A stretch of DNA of 64,000 nt from the IMG/VR virus record IMGVR_UViG_3300026122_000001. The stretch is one strand, 5' to 3'. Position 1 is the first letter of the stretch. Each line of letters starts with the position of its first letter. This DNA is from a virus. Taxonomy: Duplodnaviria > Heunggongvirae > Uroviricota > Caudoviricetes. The position numbers and the translations under genes were made by a program. Below are positions 1 to 10,900 of the stretch, piece by piece. The notes beneath the pieces are model-generated. The model was given only the letters and a program-made list of their open reading frames with translations, was not told the origin of the DNA and did no database searches.

Positions 1-3000
1 GTGGCCACAAGGGTGTCGGCTGCTTGTCGGGCCAGACTGTACCCCATATCTAGGGCATGCGAGACCACCAGTGTGTCAGCACTGGCAACAGGGTATACGG
101 CTGTATACTCAGATGCACTGGACAGGGTCACGGTATTGGCCGGGAATCGACCAAAGATGCTTTGTGCAAAGGCGGCCCCGACTGTCAGTGTCAATGTGGA
201 CACACCTGATTTGTTCAGGCTGACCAACAGGCTCAAGGAGTCTGACATCAACATCGTTGAGTCAGCATCAAAGTGCAATGAGTATCCGAGGTTTAGATCG
301 TCAGTCAAGATGACTACCGACGTGCTTGCCCGTGGCAGTGCCGTTGCTGCCAGACTTTGATCTGTAAGAGCCAGGGTGTTGTTGCTACTGCGCGGGCGGA
401 CAGATAGCTGGTCAGCACTGGTACTGGCTACAATGGTGTTCGTCAGCAGATAATTCAGCACAGATGTTTCGGTAGCCTGATGACTGAGCACAAGGGTGTC
501 TGCCGCCACACGCGGGCGCACGGTTATTAACGCTCCGGCGTGTGTAACGGACAGACTAGCCACTCCCCCTCGCTGCATCTCAAGTAGATGCGACACTCCA
601 TCACTCAGTATCAAGCTTGTGGCAGGATCACGTTTCAGTGTATACCCCACCCCAATCGTTTGTGTGGTAACAAGAGACTCGGAAAGGCTGCGTGTCCAAA
701 CGCCAAGCTGCGTGACCAAGTCAGTTGCCACCAATGTATTTGATCCAGATTCGATCGACGCCAGCAATTCAGTTGTGGTGTCCGACAATGCTATCGCTGT
801 GACGAGCGTTTTGCCAAGGGTGTACCCAAGGCTAAGATCATCAGTCAGGGACGCACTAGATGAGAGCGACAAATCCACAAACTTGATACCAGTACCTGCG
901 GAGGTCAGGGTGAGAGTGGATGCCGCAGTTTGTTGCGTGGTAGCAATTCTGGCCAGCGTGTCGGATACAACCAACGTGCTGCTCAGAGCCTTGTTCAGCA
1001 CTGTATCCAGATCGAGAGTATCCGTGATGCTGACGGTGCTTGACAGACTGCGATCGCGCACTGTTAGGACAGACTCAGATTGGGTGACAACCAATGTGTC
1101 CGTGGCAGTTCGTGTGGCTACCCGATCCCGAGAAGCTGTGGATGTCAGCGTAAGCGTGTCCACCGCATCTTTTTGCACCGTGGTGGCAATATACACCGTG
1201 CTGCCCAGACTGATTGCATTTGATGCTGCCAGCGGTCGCACCGTGTCTTGGGTGGCACTGGCAGTGATTGCCACTGTTGATTCGGTCGATTGGCCGGACA
1301 CAATCAATCTTGTGACTACATCAGTGACCACCAATGTGTCGCTCAAAGCTTTTTGTAGCGTGGCAATCCTACCAGCGGCATCCGTTACAGCAAGGTCGTT
1401 GGAGGCAGGCTTCACCAATATCAGCCCGGCATCAAGATCATCTGTGATTGTTAGCGAATCACTGAGACTGCGGGGCCAAACAGTATCTTGTGTGGCGGCA
1501 TCCGTGACGGCCACTGTGGAACTTAGAGATGGTTGCAAAACTGCCAGACGATCGCCACTGGATGCGAGACTCAGAGTATGGGCGACGGATTGTACAAAGT
1601 CGGTATGCTCGGCCCCAACATCAGTCAACACCAGCGTTGATCCCGCACTGACGGAAAGCACAATGAGCCCAACCAACCCCTGTGTCACCACAAGTGTGTC
1701 GGTGCCCGATAGGTTGAGGATACTGGTCTCGTTGGCCACATCCGTGAGCGAGATGCTAGAAGTAGCAGCGGGGCTCACAAACGCCACTCGGTCCATAACC
1801 TGGCTGACCACCAACGTGTTGCTGGTAGGCCGGAGATACACTGGCGTTTGTGACGCTGTGTCTGACAATACCAATGTATGGGCTGGGTCTCGTGGCCAAA
1901 TTGCAACGAAGGCAGCAGCATCGGTTGGGGCCAATGTCGATGACAACGACAAACTCAGGGTGGCTGCCAAGTTCAATGCATCCGCCAGAGTCAGTGTCGA
2001 ACTTGTGGCCCGTGGCCATACAGAATCTTGTGTGGCCACGCTGGTGACGGCTAGCGTCGAATCTGTGGAAAGCGGAAGCACCCATGTGGTGTCTAGCGTA
2101 TGGGCCAAACTCAGATTGCTTGCCAGGCTTTTGCCGAGTGTTGCAATCCGACTTGTGGCATCAGTGCAGACGAGTGCTCCCTCCGCTGTTTTGTTTAGGA
2201 CAAATCCCACTTCGACACCATCGGTCATGCTCACCAGATGGGCATCACTCCGGGGCCAAACAGCCTGATAGCTGCTTCCGTCTGTTACACTGACAGAATT
2301 GCTTGTAGCATACGCGATGACTGCAAGACGGTCTCCGACACTGGTGAGACTTAGTGTAGTGGCGGGCGAGCGGTTCCAAGCTGTCCATTGAGCCGCACTG
2401 TCAGTCAGCAACACTGTGGTTGTCGCGGCACGAAGTACATCGCGTAATGCGGAGGCCGCATCGCTGACTACCAGCGTGCTTGAATCCGACCGGATAAGAA
2501 CAGCCGTGTATTGCAGTGTATCCGTAATACTGACAGTGTTGAGCCCAGCTTGTTGCAAGCTGTATCCAAGATCAAGACTGTCGCTTAGACTGAGAGCCTG
2601 TGATTGGGCCCGTGGGAATACAGAGACCTCCGTGGCGGTGTCCGCCAACACAAGCGTATCGACACTGTCACCAGTGACGGCTATTAGGGCATTGACCCCG
2701 TCGGTCAGCACCACAGTATTGGTCGCAACTCGGGTACCGATTCGGAGTCGGCTTGCGGTGTCGGTAATGCTTACCAACGATGTGCTGGCCAATTGCAATG
2801 TCCAGAGGGTGCCCACAAGATGGGTTATCGTGAGAGTATCAGAATCAGACTGGCTGCGCACACGGGTGGTTGCCACAGCAGAGGCAACCGAAATTGTATG
2901 CGAGAAGGCTGGCAAGAGTGCCAAGGCCACATCAATGCTGTCGCTAACACTTAGGGTGTCTGTGAGCGATCGCGTAAAAATACTCGCATACAAGGCTTGG

Positions 3001-4925
3001 TCAGTGACAGCCAACGTAGTAGTTGTTGACGGGGAAATAATGAATCCCGCCGATGCCGATTGAGTGGCTACCAGTGTGGATTCACCAAAACCGGTGATGA
3101 ATGTCTCGCCATCAACGATACTCTCCAGCGTCAGAATAGATGTCATTGCTCTCGGAATGAACGTCCGCAGCGGAAAGTAGTCGATACCATAGTATTCGGT
3201 GTTGACAACCGCATGGTGGATGATGCTTGTAATACCAGTAGACACGACAGTCTTCTTCACGTCTCGACCGGCAGTCCAGTACAGCGTGTCGTCGGTTTGG
3301 TTGTAACACATGTCGCTGGGGTTATTGGCATCCGTAAGCAATACGTCTCCGGTGCCGTCGATATCGGCCACATAGATGTCACCCTCAGAAATCCCACGGC
3401 TGAAGAACAGTCGCTCGTTCTCGTGGTCAATACAAATGGCTCTTGGGCTGGTCCAGCCCGTGATGAGGTCAGTAAGGTTGCTGCCGTCATAATCACATCG
3501 CTTAACGGTCCCATCATCAATGTCACAGATATACAACTGGTTGTTGTAAGTGGCCATCCCATACGGGCGGACAATATCATCGATGGTGGCTTCCAGAATC
3601 TTGGTGATATTGGACCCATCCAGGTCCATCCGATAGACAGCGTTGTTGGTACCTGACTCGTCGGTGAAGTAGATGTAATTGTTATACGAATCCACACACA
3701 TGCTAAGCATAGCTGTGTAGGTGGTGGCACCGTCCAGGACAGTCACATTCCCTGTGCCGTCAAGATTGGACCGACCAATGGTGTTGTCATCAATGTCGAC
3801 CCAATAGAGTTCGTACCGGTTCGCATGGATATCTGCATCGGTAGGCTTTGACCCGGTATCAAACATCGACCGGCGATTGTTGCCATCGAAATCCATTCGG
3901 GTGCAATCATCACCAATCCAGTCCATTACGAACAACCGCTCTGAAGCATGTGGCGCAATCCATGTCACCACGTCCTGAATGAGATCAGGGCTGTTGCTGA
4001 GATAACGGGTGTAGATATGGTCACCACCGGAGTTCAGGTGTTCAAAGGCCACAGTGTCTGTGATCTCAAGAACCTGAGTGGCTGGAATCTCCCGTGTACG
4101 TTGCAGAAACTGTGTGACTGTAAGCTGCGAGACCACGGTCTGCTGGTAGAGCAACGTAGATGGTCTGTACAAGAGGGCTTTCCAGCCATTGGGCAAACTA
4201 TCTTGTGCCGCATCTCGAATCTTTTCATACCCCGTGCCAACGGTACGCACGCGATAGATATCACCGATGCCAACCGAGTAGGTGAAGTACAGGTACTCAT
4301 CGTCCGGGTCATATTCCAGTCGAATGACGTTGGTACCTGATGTATCGATGTTGTACACTAAGGTGTCATTGCTACCATCCATGTCACAGACACGGAGTTG
4401 GTCGCCGTCAGAATAGTAAATCAAATCGTTGACGGTGTCGATAGTTGCCGATGGGCCATCCGGTGTTGCTGCGATGCCTGTTACGATTGCCGTCAGGTTG
4501 CTGCCGTCCAAATCGCTTGTGAGAATTTGACTATTGGTCAAATCGCATAATACCAGTTTCCCCTCGGTGGGATGTACAGCAATTTGTCCAATCCATCCAA
4601 TACCGCCAAAGATAGTATCGCCGTACCCGGGTCCGTCAATGTCGGCCCAGCGTACTCTGGGCGGCTCGTTGTCTTGATACCAGTATACTTTACCACCGGC
4701 GGGGTCTACAGTGATACCACCAGGGCCTGCCGAGCCAGTGTCTTTCCAAACTTCGCTGTTGCCACCATCTAGGTCGCATCGCTTGATTTCCGCGTTGGCA
4801 TCATTGGACCAGTAAATCTTACCATTGGTGATGTCCATCGCTGCGTCCTGGCAGCCGTCCACACCACTGCTGAGAATAACAGCAGCGTAGGCACTATCAG
4901 GTTTGATGCGTAGAATCTTACCCAT
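1..4925 (-). CDS. Giant virion fibre protein 2 (partial, >=1641 aa, runs off the left edge): two YWTD-like beta-propellers followed by ~20-aa repeats
   Basis: ATG at 4925 two nt after the upstream TAA gives MGKILRIKPDSAYAAVILSSGV...KIYWSNDANAEIKRCDLDGG. The same frame at positions 3-23 reads AADTLVA, the same repeat type. The ORF track lists no minus ORF in this frame, consistent with no internal stop. Confidence 0.9.
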   Translation of the reverse strand, partial: MGKILRIKPDSAYAAVILSSGVDGCQDAAMDITNGKIYWSNDANAEIKRCDLDGGNSEVWKDTGSAGPGGITVDPAGGKVYWYQDNEPPRVRWADIDGPGYGDTIFGGIGWIGQIAVHPTEGKLVLCDLTNSQILTSDLDGSNLTAIVTGIAATPDGPSATIDTVNDLIYYSDGDQLRVCDMDGSNDTLVYNIDTSGTNVIRLEYDPDDEYLYFTYSVGIGDIYRVRTVGTGYEKIRDAAQDSLPNGWKALLYRPSTLLYQQTVVSQLTVTQFLQRTREIPATQVLEITDTVAFEHLNSGGDHIYTRYLSNSPDLIQDVVTWIAPHASERLFVMDWIGDDCTRMDFDGNNRRSMFDTGSKPTDADIHANRYELYWVDIDDNTIGRSNLDGTGNVTVLDGATTYTAMLSMCVDSYNNYIYFTDESGTNNAVYRMDLDGSNITKILEATIDDIVRPYGMATYNNQLYICDIDDGTVKRCDYDGSNLTDLITGWTSPRAICIDHENERLFFSRGISEGDIYVADIDGTGDVLLTDANNPSDMCYNQTDDTLYWTAGRDVKKTVVSTGITSIIHHAVVNTEYYGIDYFPLRTFIPRAMTSILTLESIVDGETFITGFGESTLVATQSASAGFIISPSTTTTLAVTDQALYASIFTRSLTDTLSVSDSIDVALALLPAFSHTISVASAVATTRVRSQSDSDTLTITHLVGTLWTLQLASTSLVSITDTASRLRIGTRVATNTVVLTDGVNALIAVTGDSVDTLVLADTATEVSVFPRAQSQALSLSDSLDLGYSLQQAGLNTVSITDTLQYTAVLIRSDSSTLVVSDAASALRDVLRAATTTVLLTDSAAQWTAWNRSPATTLSLTSVGDRLAVIAYATSNSVSVTDGSSYQAVWPRSDAHLVSMTDGVEVGFVLNKTAEGALVCTDATSRIATLGKSLASNLSLAHTLDTTWVLPLSTDSTLAVTSVATQDSVWPRATSSTLTLADALNLAATLSLSLSSTLAPTDAAAFVAIWPRDPAHTLVLSDTASQTPVYLRPTSNTLVVSQVMDRVAFVSPAATSSISLTDVANETSILNLSGTDTLVVTQGLVGLIVLSVSAGSTLVLTDVGAEHTDFVQSVAHTLSLASSGDRLAVLQPSLSSTVAVTDAATQDTVWPRSLSDSLTITDDLDAGLILVKPASNDLAVTDAAGRIATLQKALSDTLVVTDVVTRLIVSGQSTESTVAITASATQDTVRPLAASNAISLGSTVYIATTVQKDAVDTLTLTSTASRDRVATRTATDTLVVTQSESVLTVRDRSLSSTVSITDTLDLDTVLNKALSSTLVVSDTLARIATTQQTAASTLTLTSAGTGIKFVDLSLSSSASLTDDLSLGYTLGKTLVTAIALSDTTTELLASIESGSNTLVATDLVTQLGVWTRSLSESLVTTQTIGVGYTLKRDPATSLILSDGVSHLLEMQRGGVASLSVTHAGALITVRPRVAADTLVLSHQATETSVLNYLLTNTIVASTSADQLSVRPRSSNNTLALTDQSLAATALPRASTSVVILTDDLNLGYSLHFDADSTMLMSDSLSLLVSLNKSGVSTLTLTVGAAFAQSIFGRFPANTVTLSSASEYTAVYPVASADTLVVSHALDMGYSLARQAADTLVA

Positions 4926-4927
4926 GA

Positions 4928-7900
4928 TTATTCCTTATCGATAACGTACAAGCTTCCCGACTCTGGTGGCTCGATGACGGCAGTGGCCTCCAGTGTGGCG
5001 AACAGGGTATTTGTTGCATCCGCTTCTTTCGTTTGTGGCCAAACACGATTGAGCCATGTGAGACCATTGCTGGCGGACCTAGCAAACACCATCGAGCGAG
5101 TAGCGGCTTGCGTGGGCTCCACAGTATTATCGGCCGATTCCACGGAGGCAATGTTGATCGCCGGGGTCTGTGTCAATTGTAGGTCGTTGTCCGCGACTCT
5201 CAGATGAGTAGTGAAATCATCACCGTTGTAGATGATACTGAGGGAGCCCAAATCATCCAGCGTGAGGTTGCTAAGTGTGTCCTCAACAATGGAGTCCCAA
5301 GCACGGCTTTGCCAGACCAACGTGGAGGTGGCGTCACGATTGTACACACTGGTTGCCAACGACAACGCTTGACCAAAGGCAGCCGTGGAACTCAAGGCGT
5401 GCAAGGATATCCGCACCTCCTCTGGACTGCTCGCCAATGTTACGGTGGTAGCTGCCTGGCGACTTCGTACCAAATTAGCACTGACTGAGTCGGTCAGGCT
5501 CAACACTGAGGTAGCCGGTCGCTGCAATGAATATCCGAGCCCGATTGTATCCGTCATGCTCAATGTATGCGGTATACTCCGGCCCCAGATTGTTTCTTGA
5601 TTGGCCAAATCAGAAAGCGTCATGCTTGTATACATGCTCTTTCGGTATACAATCAAAACATCCGAAGTTGTGGTGGGCTCGATAATGCTGGCCGCTGCTC
5701 GGCCCCAGACGCCCACGAAAGTCGGGGTGTCTGAAAGTATCAGCGTGGTGGCTGCATTTCTGACCACATCCACGGGAGCTTCGTCTGTGAGTGTGATGGT
5801 AGAACTCAAAGTCTGGTTGATGAAATGCTCGTGGGAAGTATCGCTTGACAGGGTCATGCTTGATTCTGGCAACTGACTGAGGGTGCTATTGAGATCACGG
5901 GCATAACTCAACTCCAGCGTATTGGCGAGTGACTGACTGAATACCGGCTGCACTGAACCAACGCTGTTGAGTGAGATTGTTGAGGACGCTGCCCGACTCC
6001 TGAACATTGCTGGTGTAGCTTCGTCGGTGCTACTTAATGTTGATGCCAATGCAGTTTTGTTCAGGCTGTAACCCAGTCCTAATAGATGTGTGAGGTCATT
6101 GGCGCTGGTGGCCGCCCGTGGTCGGACAACAGTATTGTCCGTTGCCTCAGTGAGGCTCAATGTCCCATCGGCCGGTGGTCCAAGAACGAATCCGGCCACA
6201 AACTCAAAGCTGAGGTCCAGGTTGTGTACGATTATTTCCACAAAGTTGGAGTCTTCGGCACCCGTATCGGTGAGTGATAGCGTGGCAGCCAAATCAAGCT
6301 GCGAGACCACATTACGATCGCCGACATCAGACATCGACAGACTATCCTGGCCAGCTAGCGATACAACAATCGTCCGGTCCCCATTGCTGGACAGCAACGA
6401 GAAGGTATTGGATGCCGACCTTGGCTTGTCGGTAATCTTGTCCGAGGTATCTGATACACTGATGAGCGAACTGCTTGCCAGCCCGACTACTGTGGTCCTG
6501 TTGCCCAGGTCAGTCAAGTCAAGTGCCGAGACAGCAGACCTACCGAGATATGCAAACTTGTTGCTGGTATCCGTGAGTGCAAGGTCGGACTCGAACCACC
6601 GCTGCCGAACGGTGATCTCGCCTGTGGAGGCGGTGGTGAGTGCCATGTTAGTTGTGGCCAATTCCAAGGACACGAGGCCTTCACCAACAGCATCGGACAT
6701 TGTCAATGTTGTGCTGGCTGCCCTTGGCCGGACGCTATTCTGAGCCGCAGCGTCAATCAGCACAAGCGTATCGGCTGCATCTTGGCGGGGCACAAAGACT
6801 GCACTAGCGGCATCATCAAGGCTGAGCGTGCCAGCTAGGGTGCGGGCCAAGGTAGTAGCCTGTGTGGCCGAAGTCGTCAACTCGAAGGTGTCTGCCGCAG
6901 CCCGTGGTGCAACATGACTGTAGACCAAGGCTTGCTCTGGGTCTAGGCTGCCAAGCAATTGACGAACACGGCTGTAACCTGTGGAGGTTGCAATTGCCAA
7001 ACCCCTGGGGGCTGCCCAACCATATCCAGCCGCAACTTGGGTATGCGTGTGCGGGGCTGATACCTTGACGCTATGCACACCCATGATGACGTCATTGGCT
7101 GGGTTATCAACTGTCGCAATCATGTAGATAGAATCATTTGCCGAACTGTAGGCGAGCCAACCGAAGGAACCTGCTGGGATCGAAATCTCTGTAGCAACGA
7201 ATGCGCCCACACCTGTTGTTGGGGCCCAGAATGCGCGGGTGTAACCAGTGGCTTCCGAGGTGTAGGACCAATACAGATTCGTGGTGGTTTCATCATAGTG
7301 CAACCAAATCTGGCTGTACAATAGATAGTCCGGGAGGCTTCCAATTTGGATTGTTTCGAGTTGCGTATCCAGATCGAATTCGATAAGTTTGCCTGGGCTG
7401 CTGACCGCCGAGTACCACATCTTCCTTGATGCAACATGCCCGGTTATCGTACTGAGCCACCCGTGCGGTGAGAAGTAGGTCTGTGGATCGGAACCGGTTA
7501 CATCGACTTTGAAACCACGTTGTGATGGCGGCCAAACTCCCAGGCCAGTAGCAGTGTTGTCAATGACATACATGTACCCAGTCTGGGTATCATAGAACGA
7601 GAATCCTTCGCGTTGAAGATTTGTCAGCGTCTCAAAGTTGGCACCATTCAAGTCACTGACCATTTCTAGCATATGCAGCCACGAGCCAAAATAGATTTGG
7701 TCATCATAGATACGCAAGTCATTCGTGTCCGTACTTGTCGGGAAGGTACCCACGGGGTACGGAAGATCGCTAAGTAAGAAAGCCGTTTCCGGTGCAGTAA
7801 GGTCAGCACGGAATTTAGTCACCTTGGTACGCAGGCGATCACCGGCAGGAGCCGATTCATCCCAGTATTGTTCACCAGTGTAAATTCGGCCATCACCTTC

Positions 7901-10900
7901 TACATGGATATCAAGGTCATACAAGACATATTGTTCGAGGTCCAACAGGTGTGAGTCTGACAAGTCGCGAGTCGCAAGTTGGGTGGCGCTGTCTGTGATA
8001 TCCAGGTCGGTGGCGGCCGAGATTGGAATCGACAACGTGATATCAACCTGCTGACTCATCGAGACAGCCGTTATTCCGTCACGATGCAGCCCAGTGTAGC
8101 CACGTCCGAGATCGTAAAGATCGATCGAACTGATAGGTGTTCGGTTGAAGACAGCTTCCAGAATCAAGCTGTCCGAGAGCGTCAGTGTATGGCTGTCTTC
8201 GCGTAGCCTGACTGCAACGACAGCAAGTTCGTGTGTGAGTTCCAAAGTGGCGGATGTCGTTGGACGTGTGATCCAATCTTGGTGGCCTAATGCAATCCCT
8301 GTATATATTGAGTCGTGATCGATACGCAAGATTTCTGACGTGGGGGCAACATCAGTGGTATGGATACGTCGTATTTCGCGACCAATCACATCGGCCGGGG
8401 TGTAATAGATGTACCCGTCTTCACGGTTGTAAACCATATCCAGGGCGTAAGTTGCAATGAATGCGACCTGGGTGACATTGCTACCATCAAGGTCAGCAGA
8501 CTTGATGTCCCGCTCTGTCATGTCTGACCAGTATAGCTTCTCGTTGTACTGGTCAATGGTAATGGCGATTGGTCCCGCAGGATCAGTGGAAGTCTGGACG
8601 ATATTTTCTAAGTTGGACCCAGTGAGGTCACAACGCTTGATGTATCCAGACCCGTTGTCGACGATATACAGTTTGTTACCATTGACTTCCAATCCACGCA
8701 CATGCGTTAGGGCCGCACCGGCCACGATCTGCTGGCGATTTGATCCATTGTAGTCGACCCGCCAGATGCCACGATCGGCTGAGTCTTCGTCATGCACGTA
8801 CACGAAAATGTGGTTGTTGGCATCATCAACTGCAACTGCATGGGCAACCGGGAAATTGGTAGCGGCGGTTGTCACGCCCGATCCGTCCAGGTTGGCCAGC
8901 TTGACCGCACCGGCTGTGGCGTGTGTCTCGGCCCAGAAAATCTTACCATCGACCAACGAGATGGTGGCATCTCCGGGCGTGGCTGGTACGCCAGACAAGA
9001 ATTGGTCACGTATGAACTCACCGTCCAATGTCATCACACGACAGCGGTTGTTTTGATCGTCCATCATATAGATGGCGAACCGGTCACCTTCTGTATGACC
9101 CATGTCCACGCCGTGTGTCAATGCTAGGCTGTGGCTGACCGATGGGGTGAATGTTCGTTGGGCGAGGTCAGACAGGCTAAGCGAATCGGTTAGGGTGCGA
9201 CTAGAGACGGTGACTTCTTGCAGTCCCTGCGAGAGGTTCATGGTGGAATCAGTGCTACGGGGCCAGACAGCATCGTGAGCCAGTGTGTCCGTGGTGGCAA
9301 GTGTACTGAATGGATTCTGGGAGGTGAATGCTGTTCGGTCCAAATCGTGGGTGAGGCTGACAGTGGAGAACGGGAACGTGACGAAAGTTTTGATAGCTGC
9401 ATCGTCTGGTTCCAGCGTGTTTTCAGCACTGCGGGCAGCAACATGGTTCATGCTAGCAACTTCGCTGAGTGTGAGACCCTGCACGACATCCCGGGTCTCC
9501 CAGGTCACGGCTCGGACAGCCATGTCTGACATGACCAAAGTTGTGACACCATCTTGACCCAATGTTTTGTTGACATCCAGGCTGTCGGACAGCGATAGCG
9601 ACAGCGGGGTGCGTGCGTGCAGCGAGTACAACGCATCGGCTGACTGGCTCAGAGACATGTCGCTAACGGCACCTCTGGGACGAATGAGGTACGAGCCAAC
9701 ATCATCATTGAGCGCGACGGAACGGAAGAAGGATTGTGTGCCATCACCTGCTGGGGATGTGTTTCGGATGATCTGGACAGCGTTGAGTGGGTTGGTGGTG
9801 TCAAGCGAGTACACAGATTGGTAACCAGCGATATACAGGATGTCAGTTTCGTTGTCATATTCCAGTCCCAAGATACCCTCGGTACCACCCTCGCCATACA
9901 CGATGGCCCTATGGTACAGGTTGTATGGGGCCGTTTTGTTGACACGCCAAATGCTGTTGTCAGTCGACGCACCAAAGTACACATAGTCGTTGTTGTTATC
10001 CAACGCGATGGCATCAAAGTGATCCAGGACCGACATCCCCTCAACCTTGATCCAATCCTGGCCGCCATTACCCACCAACAAGTTGTGTGGCATACTATAC
10101 GATTCGGTATGCCCATAGCAATAGAATAGGCCGCTTGTCTGGTCGTACCGCAAGCAGTATCCAAACACATCATAGTAGCTGTCTTCGACCAGTAGGATAT
10201 GATCGCCACCGTCAGACATTCTGACACTGAACATCGTCGCATCGCCGCTGCCCTGTGCAACGAAGTACAATCTACCAGTGGCGGGGTTGATATCGAATGC
10301 TTGTATACTGGCGATACTGTATTCCCCAGGCCATGAACCATCATTCAGATCGACCAGTCCCCGCACGTCCGAGCCGTCCATTGCCCAACTGTTAATAGTT
10401 TTTGGCCCCGAGCCTAGACCATAGACACGATTGCCAGCAGTATCGATACGTAGCTCGGAGGAAGCTTCAGAACCAAAGATGTATTTCATTCGGCCTTGCA
10501 GATTCATCCCATAGAAGCCATCGCTGGGCCCGTTAGCTCCACCCTGCGTACCCAGCCACAATGGACCAACACCAACTTGGATGTCATAATAGGCATAGTC
10601 AGATAGGAGGAGGACGTTGGATTCTGCGGAGACTGGCTCTGGGAAGTAGACGTTGCTTACCAGGTCCAGTTGGCTTTCAGCCGCGCGTGTCAAGGATGAG
10701 CCAATGGTACCAGTTGCATCCGACAGGGTCAGTGTATTGGCTGCTGTCTCAACACGATTGACAGTATAGACTGCGGAATCTGATGTGTCAATTGTGCTGG
10801 TACCTAACCTGGCCAATGTGTAGCCCAGATCGATGGACTGCGCCAGTAGGGTAAGTGTCGACTCGGCCAAACCAACGTGTACCCGAACAATTTCGTCCGA

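Noticed and set aside
496-3063. Long plus-strand ORFs (590 aa, 215 aa) rich in Ser/Val/Thr/Ala
   Set aside because: Antisense shadows of the giant minus-strand repeat gene; no SD, no recognisable domain.
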